A stretch of DNA of 64,000 nucleotides from Betaproteobacteria bacterium (GTDB lineage Bacteria > Pseudomonadota > Gammaproteobacteria > Burkholderiales > SG8-41), in the NCBI GenBank assembly GCA_947486575.1, contig CANKUB010000009.1, positions 8,649 to 72,648 of the forward strand. Reading direction: 5' to 3'. Shown here piece after piece: positions 55,896-64,000 of the stretch. The first letter of the stretch is position 1. Every line of letters begins with the position of its first letter. The notes beneath the pieces are model-generated. The model had not been told where the DNA came from. It made no database searches and saw only the letters and a program-made list of their open reading frames with translations. Position numbers and translations under genes: made by a program.

Positions 55896-56846
55896 TTGGA
55901 CATGAGCATGACAACCATTTGTGTTCTGGGCGGCTCCGGTTTTGTCGGCCGCCATGTGTGTGCAGCGCTTGCTGCGCGGGGCTATCGCGTGCGCGTGCCT
56001 ACGCGCAGCCGTGAGCGCGCCAAATTTCTCACGACCCTGCCCACGGTGGAGCCGCTGGCGGCGGACGTGCATGATGCCGCCACGCTGAAAGAATTGCTGC
56101 GCGGCTGCGATGCGGTGATTAACCTGGTAGGCGTGCTGCATGGCGGGCGCGGCAACGCGAGCTTCGCTGACGGGCACACTGAGCTTGCGCGCAAGTTAGT
56201 TGCTGCCTGCCGTGAAACTGGCGTGCGGCGTTTGCTGCACATGAGTTCGTTGAATGCCAAAGCGGATGCGCCCAGTGAATATCTGCGCACCAAAGGTGAG
56301 GCCGAATCCATCGTGCGTGCATCGGGACTCGACTTCACCATTTTCAGGCCGTCGATTTTGTTTGGCCGCGAAGATAAATTTCTGAATCTGTTCGCGCAAC
56401 TGTTGAAATCATTTCCGCTGCTGATTGTGCCCGCTGCGCAGGCGCGGTTTCAGCCGGTGTCGGTGGGCGATGTGGCGCACGTGTTCGCCGATGCGCTTAC
56501 GCGACAGGACAGCATCGGCCAGAGCTACGATTTATGCGGCCCAAAAATTTATACCATGCAGGCGCTCGCCGAATTTGTTGCGCACACCACCGGCCACAAG
56601 CGCATGATTTTTGGTGCGGACAGCTTACTCACCAACATCATGGCGTTCGGCATGGAATGTTTGCCAGGCAAAATGATGAGTCTTGATAACGTGCGCTCTA
56701 TGACGGTAGATAGCGTGTGCAGCAGCGGTTGCGCATTTCCGTTTGGCATCGTGCCAGAATCACTCGAAGCGGTAGCGCCTGCGTGGCTGGCCCATCGCAC
56801 GCCGCGCGGACGTTACGCGCATTTTCGTGACCGCACGCAGACTTAG
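55896..56846 (+). CDS. NAD(P)H-binding NDUFA9/NmrA-like atypical SDR
   Basis: N-terminus ICVLGGSGFVGRH; 316 aa. Confidence 0.8.
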   Translation: MDMSMTTICVLGGSGFVGRHVCAALAARGYRVRVPTRSRERAKFLTTLPTVEPLAADVHDAATLKELLRGCDAVINLVGVLHGGRGNASFADGHTELARKLVAACRETGVRRLLHMSSLNAKADAPSEYLRTKGEAESIVRASGLDFTIFRPSILFGREDKFLNLFAQLLKSFPLLIVPAAQARFQPVSVGDVAHVFADALTRQDSIGQSYDLCGPKIYTMQALAEFVAHTTGHKRMIFGADSLLTNIMAFGMECLPGKMMSLDNVRSMTVDSVCSSGCAFPFGIVPESLEAVAPAWLAHRTPRGRYAHFRDRTQT

Positions 56847-56884
56847 CGTAACGTAACGCAGTGTTCGCAAGCATTTGTTTTTAA

Positions 56885-58105
56885 ATGAAAATTTATACCG
56901 TAGGCGGTGCGGTTCGTGATGAACTGCTGGGCCTGCCGGTGGTGGATCGTGACTATGTTGTGATCGGCGCCACGCCCGAACAAATGATTGCGCTGGGCTA
57001 CAAACCTGTGGGTAAGGACTTCCCGGTTTTTCTGCACCCGCAAACGCACGCGGAGTACGCGCTGGCGCGTACCGAGCGCAAAACGGCACGCGGGTATCAC
57101 GGCTTTGCCTTTCATGCGGCGCCTGATGTCACGCTGGAACAGGATCTCGCGCGGCGCGATCTCACCATCAATGCCATCGCCAAAGATGAACTCGGTAACC
57201 TGATTGATCCGTACCACGGCGCTGCTGATCTCAAGGCAGGCTTACTGCGACATGTGAGTCCGGCATTTGCCGAAGACCCGGTGCGCATATTGCGGCTGGC
57301 GCGCTTTGCGGCGCGCTTCGGTTTCGTTATCGCGGACGAAACATTGCATCTCATGCGCGGCATGGTGGCCAATGGTGAAGTGGATGCACTGGTCGCCGAG
57401 CGCGTGTGGCAGGAGTTGTCGCGCGGGTTGATGGAGCGAAAGCCCTCGCGCATGTTTGAGGCATTGCGCGCGTGTGGCGCGCTCGCCCGTGTCATCCCCG
57501 AAGTAGATGCGTTATTCGGCGTGCCACAGACCGCCGCGCATCATCCTGAAGTAGATACAGGCGTGCATGTGATGATGGTGATCGATTACGCCGCCAGCCA
57601 GAATTACGCATTGGATGTACGCTTCGCAGCGCTCACGCATGATCTCGGCAAAGGCACCACGCCGCGCGAAGAATGGCCGCGCCATATTGCACACGAAGAA
57701 CGCAGCGTGGGACTGGTGGCTGCGCTGTGCGAGCGTTTGCGCGTGCCGTCAGATTGCCGCGACCTGGCGCTGATCATGGCGAAGCAGCACGGCAATATTC
57801 ATCGCGCAGCGGAATTGCGACCTTCCACGATAGTGCGCTTATTGCAAAGCGCCGACGCGTTTCGCAAACCGCAGCGCTTTACACGATTGCTGCAGGCCTG
57901 CGAAAGTGATGCGCGCGGGCGGCTTGGCATGAACGAGCGGCCTTACCCTCAGGCACAGCGCATGCTGGCCGCGTTCAGCGCCGCCGCCGCAGTGGATGCT
58001 GGCGCAATTGCCGAACAACTGGCTGAACCCGCACGTATCAAGGACGCCATTCAACGCGCCAGAGTAAGCGCCGTCCGCACAGCGCTGAACGAAACAGAAG
58101 ACTAA
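56885..58105 (+). CDS. cca: multifunctional CCA-adding tRNA nucleotidyltransferase with HD domain
   Basis: MKIYTVGGAVRDELLG, RDLTINA, and an HD motif (LTHDLGK); 406 aa. Confidence 0.92.
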   Translation: MKIYTVGGAVRDELLGLPVVDRDYVVIGATPEQMIALGYKPVGKDFPVFLHPQTHAEYALARTERKTARGYHGFAFHAAPDVTLEQDLARRDLTINAIAKDELGNLIDPYHGAADLKAGLLRHVSPAFAEDPVRILRLARFAARFGFVIADETLHLMRGMVANGEVDALVAERVWQELSRGLMERKPSRMFEALRACGALARVIPEVDALFGVPQTAAHHPEVDTGVHVMMVIDYAASQNYALDVRFAALTHDLGKGTTPREEWPRHIAHEERSVGLVAALCERLRVPSDCRDLALIMAKQHGNIHRAAELRPSTIVRLLQSADAFRKPQRFTRLLQACESDARGRLGMNERPYPQAQRMLAAFSAAAAVDAGAIAEQLAEPARIKDAIQRARVSAVRTALNETED

Positions 58106-58110
58106 TATTT

Positions 58111-58133
58111 ATTAATATAATCAAAGGATTACG
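58111..58133 (+). repeat. AT-rich intergenic motif copy (perfect IHF-consensus core)
   Basis: ATTAATATAATCAAAGGATTACG, abutting ATG 58134. The core AATCAAAGGATTA (58119-58131) fits WATCAANNNNTTR. Confidence 0.55.
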
Positions 58134-58751
58134 ATGATAGGCCTCTACACCTGGACCACCCCCAACGGGCGCAAAGTTTCTATCATGCTCGAAGAGTGCG
58201 GGCTGCCGTACACCACGCACGCCATCAACATCGGCAAAGACGAGCAGTTCACGCCGCAGTTCATCGCGCTTAACCCAAACAGCAAAATACCCGCGATCAC
58301 CGATTCCGAGGGTGACAACGGAAAACCGCTATCGATATTTGAATCTGGCGCGATTCTGATTTATCTGGCTGAGAAAACCGGCAAGTTCCTCGCCCAAAGT
58401 GGCCGCGCGCGCAGCGATGCGCTGCAATGGCTGATGTTCCAGATGGGCGGCGTGGGGCCGATTTTCGGCCAAGTACATCATTTTCTGCGCGCCGCCAAGG
58501 AGCCAGTGCCGTACGCCATCGAGCGCTACGGCAAGGAAAAAGACCGTCTTTATCAGGTGCTGGACAATCATCTCAAATCGCATCAATATTTGGCTGGCGA
58601 ATATTCCATAGCCGACATGGCCACCTACCCGTGGGTGGCGCGCTACGAGTGGCACAAAACCGAATTGGCCCAGGTGCCGCACGTCAAGCGCTGGTACGAC
58701 GCGATTTCCGCCCGGCCTGCCGTGCAACGCGGGATGGCAGTGCCGGGTTAA
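58134..58751 (+). CDS. glutathione S-transferase (Nu-class, YfcG/YghU-like)
   Basis: 205 aa. N-terminus TPNGRKVSIMLEE...NPNSKIPAI...ESGAILIYLAEK. Confidence 0.85.
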   Translation: MIGLYTWTTPNGRKVSIMLEECGLPYTTHAINIGKDEQFTPQFIALNPNSKIPAITDSEGDNGKPLSIFESGAILIYLAEKTGKFLAQSGRARSDALQWLMFQMGGVGPIFGQVHHFLRAAKEPVPYAIERYGKEKDRLYQVLDNHLKSHQYLAGEYSIADMATYPWVARYEWHKTELAQVPHVKRWYDAISARPAVQRGMAVPG

Positions 58752-58810
58752 GATGGCGGCTATTGAGTCCATTGAATCAGTAATAATTGCAACACTGAGA
58801 GGAGTGCATC

Positions 58811-59299
58811 ATGAAACAACAAAACTTTTCGGCGCGACGCAGACAGGTGATGGCCATTGGCACAATCGGCGCGAGCACGCTGGCCGCGCCAGCCGTAGTG
58901 ATGGCGGCTAATGAGCCTGCCGTGCATTTTTCAGATGACAATATGGTGGTATCCGGTCGCATACTCGACGCATCCGCAGGACAGGCACTGGCAGGCGCAC
59001 AAATTGAGATCTGGCAGGCAGACGCACACGGTGTGCGCGCCGAACACACGCGCGAAGTTGCTGTTGCTGATGGTGATGGACGCTATTTTGTTGCACTCAA
59101 GGGCGACGCACAGCGCCTGCACTATCGCGTCAGTCATCAAGGCTATACCGCGAAAGTCACACAACTGCATGCCAGTGCACAGCAGCGCTCGGTAACGCTA
59201 ACCCGCGACGACTCGGGTACCGCGCGCGCCGCGTTCGCACTGACACTCGCACCGCGCACCTTGCTGTCAGCCGCCACGCCAGACTACGCAGTGCTGTAG
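58811..59299 (+). CDS. Tat-signal small secreted protein with intradiol-dioxygenase-like beta-sandwich motif
   Basis: SARRRQVMAIG twin-arginine region and VSGRILDASAGQALAGAQIEIWQAD; 162 aa. Confidence 0.6.
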   Translation: MKQQNFSARRRQVMAIGTIGASTLAAPAVVMAANEPAVHFSDDNMVVSGRILDASAGQALAGAQIEIWQADAHGVRAEHTREVAVADGDGRYFVALKGDAQRLHYRVSHQGYTAKVTQLHASAQQRSVTLTRDDSGTARAAFALTLAPRTLLSAATPDYAVL

Positions 59300-59311
59300 T
59301 TTGGTTCAGCT

Positions 59312-60289
59312 TTACTCTGCCTTTAAATTCAGATCGCGCACGATTTTTCCCCATGCGTCGATCTCTGAGCGAAAGTAGGCGGCGAATTCTTCCGGCGAAT
59401 TACCGATCAGCACAAAGCCCAGATCACTCAGGCGTCTGTTAATCGCCGGATTACTCAGTGCGCTCACCGAGGCTTTGTGCGCACGATCAATAATGTCGCG
59501 TGGTGTTTTGGCAGGCACCACAATGCCGTACCAATTACCCGATTCAAATTTAGCCATATTCGCGTAGCCGCTTTCGGCAACCGTTGGCAACTCAGGCATC
59601 AGCGAAATACGCTTGGCGCTGGTCACTGCCAGCGGGCGCAAACGACCTTGCTTCACCTGCGGCAAAGCACCTGCTGCCGGCGAAAAATACACGGACGTCT
59701 CGCCTGATAGTACCGCTGTCAATGCTTCGCCACCTGCCCGATACGGCACATGCAGCATGTCCACGCCCGCCTGACGTTTGAACATTTCTGCGGCAAGAAA
59801 GGTAAAAGTGCCCACGCCTGCCGACGAATGGTTGATGGCACCGGGACGGGCTTTAGCCAGCGCCACAAGTTCCTTCACCGATTTCACCGGCAGTGACGGA
59901 TGCACCACCAGTATCGCCGGGCCGGTGGCCAGCATCGACACCGGCGTGAAATCGCGCATCGGGTCGTAGGCGAGCTTGCGATACATCGACACATTGACTG
60001 CGTGCGCCATGTTCACCATAAACAGCGTGTAGCCATCAGCGGGGGCGCGCGCGGCGATTTCCGCGCCAATATTGCCAGCGGCGCCCGCGCGATTCTCAAG
60101 GATGATCTGCTGGCCAAACACCTCGCTTAGACCCCCGGCGTAAATGCGGCCTATGGTGTCAGAGCCACTGCCTGCGGAAAACGGCACCAGCAGGCGCACA
60201 ACTTTGGCCGGATAATTTTGTGCTGCGGCTGACGTTGCAATCAGTGCGATGGTCAGGCTGGATACTATTTGCAGACGCGGGCAGCTCAT
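59312..60289 (-). CDS. Bug/TctC-family substrate-binding protein
   Basis: Signal peptide plus YPAKVVRLLVPFSAGSGSDTIGR. Confidence 0.9.
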   Translation of the reverse strand: MSCPRLQIVSSLTIALIATSAAAQNYPAKVVRLLVPFSAGSGSDTIGRIYAGGLSEVFGQQIILENRAGAAGNIGAEIAARAPADGYTLFMVNMAHAVNVSMYRKLAYDPMRDFTPVSMLATGPAILVVHPSLPVKSVKELVALAKARPGAINHSSAGVGTFTFLAAEMFKRQAGVDMLHVPYRAGGEALTAVLSGETSVYFSPAAGALPQVKQGRLRPLAVTSAKRISLMPELPTVAESGYANMAKFESGNWYGIVVPAKTPRDIIDRAHKASVSALSNPAINRRLSDLGFVLIGNSPEEFAAYFRSEIDAWGKIVRDLNLKAE

Positions 60290-60341
60290 GTTCTCCCTTT
60301 ACAACGATGGCGAAATTCTAGTGGCATCCGACGAACCGCAC

Positions 60342-60363
60342 TAACTAATTGTTTTTATTAATA
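60342..60363 (-). repeat. AT-rich intergenic motif copy (reverse orientation)
   Basis: TAACTAATTGTTTTTATTAATA, between the tauE-like stop and the Bug start. Confidence 0.6.
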
Positions 60364-60365
60364 TT

Positions 60366-61133
60366 TTATCGAACGAAGAATCGAGCGCCCTGCCACACCA
60401 GTAGCAGTGCGACCGCGAACAAAATTTTCCGCAACAGTTTCTGATACGTCTCAACGCTCAGATAGCGCTGGATGCGCCGGCCCGCCGCCATGCCCGCCAA
60501 CGCCACCAATGTCAGCGGTACGTTGGCTGCGGCTGCGCGCAAACTCAGCTCGCCCGCCCCCGCCAGTGTTGCCGCCTGCACCAGTTTGCCACCGAGAAAA
60601 CACAGGTTAAGCATCTGCGTCATGATGGTGGCTTCCACACCGAGCAGCATGAAATAGATCAGCAACGGCGGCAGCGAGTTATTCACCGCGCCGGAGAAAA
60701 ATCCGCCGGTCAACCCGAAGCTTGCCTGCGCCATGCGCGGACGCCGCATCAGCGCTGCCCAATTCAGCAGTGCAATCTTTTTCTGGTAAAGATAAACCAG
60801 AATAATCGCGGCCAACAGCAGGCGTAGCGGCTCTTGTGGCGCAACAATCAACACACTCGCGCCGATAAAGGAGCCGATCAACGCATAAACCGCCACCGGC
60901 CAGTGCACGCCAAGGCTCGCGCGCCAATTGCCGCCCTGAATCACGCTGATGATATTGACCGTCATGTTCGGCAGCAGATTGAGCAAGACAGCCGTTTTGA
61001 TGTCCATCATTAACGCCAGCACAGGTGTGGAAATAGCCGGGAAGCCAAAGCCCATGGCGCCCTGCGACAACCCTGCGACGAAGATCGCCACACCGATTGC
61101 GGCCCAGATCAGCGGTGGAAAATCCAGCCCCAT
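60366..61133 (-). CDS. TauE/SafE-family sulfite/anion exporter
   Basis: About 256-aa polytopic membrane protein starting MGLDFPPLIW. Its ATG shares one base with the upstream TGA (TGATG). The ORF-track start at 61325 overlaps the upstream gene. Confidence 0.85.
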   Translation of the reverse strand: MGLDFPPLIWAAIGVAIFVAGLSQGAMGFGFPAISTPVLALMMDIKTAVLLNLLPNMTVNIISVIQGGNWRASLGVHWPVAVYALIGSFIGASVLIVAPQEPLRLLLAAIILVYLYQKKIALLNWAALMRRPRMAQASFGLTGGFFSGAVNNSLPPLLIYFMLLGVEATIMTQMLNLCFLGGKLVQAATLAGAGELSLRAAAANVPLTLVALAGMAAGRRIQRYLSVETYQKLLRKILFAVALLLVWQGARFFVR

Positions 61134-62302
61134 CAGAGACTGTGCGACTTGTCGTTGCGGGCAAAGCCGAGCAGCGGTGTATCGATATTTTTGCTCAGTG
61201 CGATGACCTTGAACAGCTCGCCCATCTCTGCCGGCGACAGAAGCTTTTGCGCCTGCGCTGCCAGCGGTGCGTAAGCGCGCGCGTCGCTGGCAGGCGTCTG
61301 CGAAAGCAATTCGGTGATGCCGCAATTAATCAGAAAATTCGCCTGCGAAGTGTAGCCCGCCAGCAGCGCGTCACCGGCCATCGCAGCCGCCGCGATGGCG
61401 CTGAAATCCACATGCGTAGTGATGTCCTGCAAACCGACAAAGGCCAACGGATCGTCATGCGCATGATGACGGTAGTGACACATCAAGGTGCCGCTGCTGC
61501 GCTGCGGGTGATAAAACTCGCGGGCGGGGAATCCGTAGTCTATGAGCAGGATAACGCCTCGTGTGAGCAGGCGCGACAGGCTGGTAACCAGCGCACGCGC
61601 GGTCAGGTTTACTTCGGTCTCGTAACCTGCTGGCAATCCCAACCCGGTTGCGATTTCAAGTAACTCACCGCCTGCTGTGCGCAGCTCTCGCTCAATAGAA
61701 CCAGCCGCGCCAATGGTCACACCGATTTCCTCGATACCACTGCCGGACGCGCGCACCACGTGCGCTGGTGTCGCATCCAATACTTCGTTCGCCAGTACGA
61801 TGCCCTCGAATGGCTCAGGCAAACCATCCAGCCAGCGCACACGCTCGACCAAGGCGGGCGCCCGCTGCAAAATCAGATTGCGCTGACGTTCGCGCAAATC
61901 GGCACTGAGTTCCAGTATCCAGTAGTGTTCCGGCGCACAGTCCAGCGCCTGCATTTCGAGCAGCACCTCTGCCGCCAGCACGCCGCTGCCAGCGCCGATC
62001 TCCAGCACCGTGCGTAGACCTTCCGCATGCAATTGCGCCAGTTGCCGCGCGACGCACTGCGCAAACAGCGGCGACATTTCCGGCGCAGTAATAAAATCTC
62101 CGTCCTCGCCTAGCTTGCGGCTGCCTGCGCTGTAGTAGCCCAGGCCGGGGGCGTAAAGCGCCAGTTCCATGTAGCGCGCGAAACTGAGCCAACCACCCGC
62201 CTGCCGAATTTCGTCTGCAATCGTTGCCGAGAGTTGATCGCTTAACGCCTGCGCTGCGGCCGATGGCGCGGGCAAATGCGACAGATGAGATGGAATAATC
62301 AC
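61133..62302 (-). CDS. class I SAM-dependent methyltransferase (DUF185 / MidA-NDUFAF7-like)
   Basis: 389 aa. Motifs FITAPEMSPLF and VLEIGAGSGVLA. Confidence 0.8.
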   Translation of the reverse strand: MIIPSHLSHLPAPSAAAQALSDQLSATIADEIRQAGGWLSFARYMELALYAPGLGYYSAGSRKLGEDGDFITAPEMSPLFAQCVARQLAQLHAEGLRTVLEIGAGSGVLAAEVLLEMQALDCAPEHYWILELSADLRERQRNLILQRAPALVERVRWLDGLPEPFEGIVLANEVLDATPAHVVRASGSGIEEIGVTIGAAGSIERELRTAGGELLEIATGLGLPAGYETEVNLTARALVTSLSRLLTRGVILLIDYGFPAREFYHPQRSSGTLMCHYRHHAHDDPLAFVGLQDITTHVDFSAIAAAAMAGDALLAGYTSQANFLINCGITELLSQTPASDARAYAPLAAQAQKLLSPAEMGELFKVIALSKNIDTPLLGFARNDKSHSL

Positions 62303-62343
62303 GCTTGGATGATCTCCGAATACGCTAAAATAAACAATACGTT

Positions 62344-63096
62344 ATGAAGCCTCCCCTCCACGGAAAAGTAGTGCTCGTTACCGCAGGCGCGCGACGCGTG
62401 GGGGCGGCAATTTGTCGGCGTTTGCATGCGGCAGGCGCGTGCGTGATGGTGAATTACCTGCGCTCGGAAAAAGAAGCCCGCGCGCTGATCGCAGCTTTAA
62501 ATGCACAGCGCGTTGATTCGGCAGCAATGGTCAAGGCCGATTTGCTCAAGCACGGTGCGCCGGATTTATTGGTGGCAGCAACGCTGCGTTCGTTTGGCCG
62601 ACTGGATGCGCTGGTCAACAATGCGTCGAGTTTTTATCCAACGCCGATGGCCAAAATGAATGAAGCCGCATGGCATGATTTGATCGGCACTAACCTGAAA
62701 GCGCCGCTGTTCATTGCGCAGGCCGCAGCGGCTGAACTGAAAAAGCGCCGCGGCTGCATCGTTAATATTGTGGATATACACGCTGAGTTTCCATTGAAAG
62801 ATTACGTGATTTACAGCATTGCCAAAGGCGGGCTGGCCGCGCTTACACGCTCACTGGCGCGCGAGATGGCACCGGCTGTGCGTGTTAACGGTGTGTCGCC
62901 AGGGCCGATTTTGTGGCCGGACGCAAACATCTGGAAGAACGCAAAAACGCGCAAAAATATTCTTGACCGGACCTTGCTGAAGAGAACCGGCGAGCCGGAC
63001 GACATCGCGCGTACGGTGGAATTTCTGATTGTCGGAGCGCCCTACATCACCGGGCAAATTATCGCGGTGGATGGCGGAAGAAGTATTGCTTTGTAA
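62344..63096 (+). CDS. SDR-family pteridine reductase-like oxidoreductase
   Basis: [14 protein letters not shown] cofactor motif and YSIAK catalytic motif; 250 aa. Confidence 0.75.
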   Translation: MKPPLHGKVVLVTAGARRVGAAICRRLHAAGACVMVNYLRSEKEARALIAALNAQRVDSAAMVKADLLKHGAPDLLVAATLRSFGRLDALVNNASSFYPTPMAKMNEAAWHDLIGTNLKAPLFIAQAAAAELKKRRGCIVNIVDIHAEFPLKDYVIYSIAKGGLAALTRSLAREMAPAVRVNGVSPGPILWPDANIWKNAKTRKNILDRTLLKRTGEPDDIARTVEFLIVGAPYITGQIIAVDGGRSIAL

Positions 63097-63101
63097 GCAC
63101 A

Positions 63102-63983
63102 ATGAATACAGCCATGGATACCCAGGTCATTCACTTCAACCCCCGCAGCATTAAAGAGCGCAAGCAGGGCTTCGAGTCCAACAAACTCGCCAAGCGCTTG
63201 CGCCGATTGACGGGGCAAGCCATTGCCGATTTCGACATGATCCGCGAGGGCGACAAGGTGATGGTGTGTCTGTCGGGCGGCAAGGATAGCTATGCGCTAC
63301 TGGATATTTTGCTGCATCTGAAAGTGCATGCGCCCGTTACGTTCGATATCGTTGCGGTAAATCTTGATCAGAAACAACCCAACTTTCCGGAACACGTGCT
63401 GCCGGAATATCTCACTGCGCTCGGCGTGCCGTTTCACATCGAAGAACAGGATACCTACAGCACCGTCAAGCGCGTGATTGCCGAAGGCAAGACGATGTGC
63501 TCGCTGTGCTCGCGGCTGCGGCGCGGCGTGCTGTACCGCGTGGCCAGCGAACTGGGGGCAAACAAAGTCGCACTGGGCCATCATCGCGACGACATCCTCG
63601 AAACGTTTTTGCTCAACCTGTTTTACGGCGGCAAACTGAAAACCATGCCGCCCAAGCTGGTGTCGGACGATGGCCGACACATCGTGATTCGTCCGCTGGC
63701 CTACTGCGAAGAAAAAGACCTTGCAGAATGGGCGGAGGTGAAACAGTTTCCGATCATTCCGTGCACCTTGTGCGGCTCGCAGGAGAACCTGAAGCGCAAA
63801 GAGGCCAAGGCCATGTTGCGCGATTGGGAAAAGCGTTTTCCGGGGCGCGTTGAAACCATGCTGACTGCTTTGCAGAACATCACGCCATCGCATATGCTGG
63901 ATAGGCAACTACATGATTTTAAAGAGATATTTGTTACCGGGCAGGCTGACCCTGACGGCGACAAGGCGTTTGACAGCGCTTAG
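63102..63983 (+). CDS. ttcA: tRNA 2-thiocytidine(32) synthetase
   Basis: PP-loop [18 protein letters not shown] and CTLCGSQ cysteine motifs; 293 aa. Confidence 0.9.
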   Translation: MNTAMDTQVIHFNPRSIKERKQGFESNKLAKRLRRLTGQAIADFDMIREGDKVMVCLSGGKDSYALLDILLHLKVHAPVTFDIVAVNLDQKQPNFPEHVLPEYLTALGVPFHIEEQDTYSTVKRVIAEGKTMCSLCSRLRRGVLYRVASELGANKVALGHHRDDILETFLLNLFYGGKLKTMPPKLVSDDGRHIVIRPLAYCEEKDLAEWAEVKQFPIIPCTLCGSQENLKRKEAKAMLRDWEKRFPGRVETMLTALQNITPSHMLDRQLHDFKEIFVTGQADPDGDKAFDSA

Positions 63984-64000
63984 GCAGTAACGCATTGTAT

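Noticed and set aside
1-64000. Scan for CRISPR arrays, rRNA/tRNA genes, intact IS elements or transposases, integrases and prophage genes
   Set aside because: I found no regularly spaced direct repeats, no cloverleaf-compatible tRNA sequence, and no ORF with transposase, integrase or phage structural motifs in any frame.

Overview
About 64 kb of high-GC chromosome (roughly 58-62% by eye). Gene content fits a Burkholderiales-type betaproteobacterium, including seven Bug/TctC-family periplasmic receptors and no TctA/TctB. I saw no rRNA, tRNA, CRISPR array or intact IS element. Layout: (i) Bases 1-24610 are an unbroken plus-strand run with gaps of 97 nt or less. It holds pyk (5'-truncated), class I fba, a COG0523 GTPase, an amidohydrolase, a cupin, two Bug genes, an unusual AsnB-like / zinc-ribbon membrane protein / AsnB-like triad, Bug, an acyl-CoA dehydrogenase, a carboxyltransferase, an esterase, a conserved lipid-modification cluster (DUF1295, lipocalin, desaturase, FAD oxidoreductase, DUF1365, CFA synthase) and a two-domain PPK2. 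(ii) Bases 24.6-47.4 kb are a large CoA-dependent organic-acid catabolic supercluster. It has 3 acyl-CoA dehydrogenases, 3 enoyl-CoA hydratases, family I and family III CoA-transferases, a CitE-like lyase, 2 MmgE/PrpD proteins, an acyl-CoA ligase, a GntR regulator and Bug receptors. A ~1.7 kb foreign-looking islet (38.6-40.3 kb) interrupts it, carrying a frameshifted McrA-like HNH nuclease gene and a 143-bp hairpin/MITE-like element. (iii) The rest is housekeeping (ppx, rpiA, ilvA, slt, cca, ttcA and others), plus a vapBC module bracketed by ~41-bp direct repeats and a cytochrome c gene interrupted by an in-frame TAG. The best candidate for an undescribed system is the translationally coupled triad at 7537-11988. 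It consists of two AsnB paralogues with degenerate glutaminase sites flanking a Zn-ribbon/2-TM protein that has a Toprim-like domain and an acidic tail. A recurrent AT-rich, IHF-like intergenic motif occurs at least 10 times. All family assignments come from reading the translations; no database search was possible.
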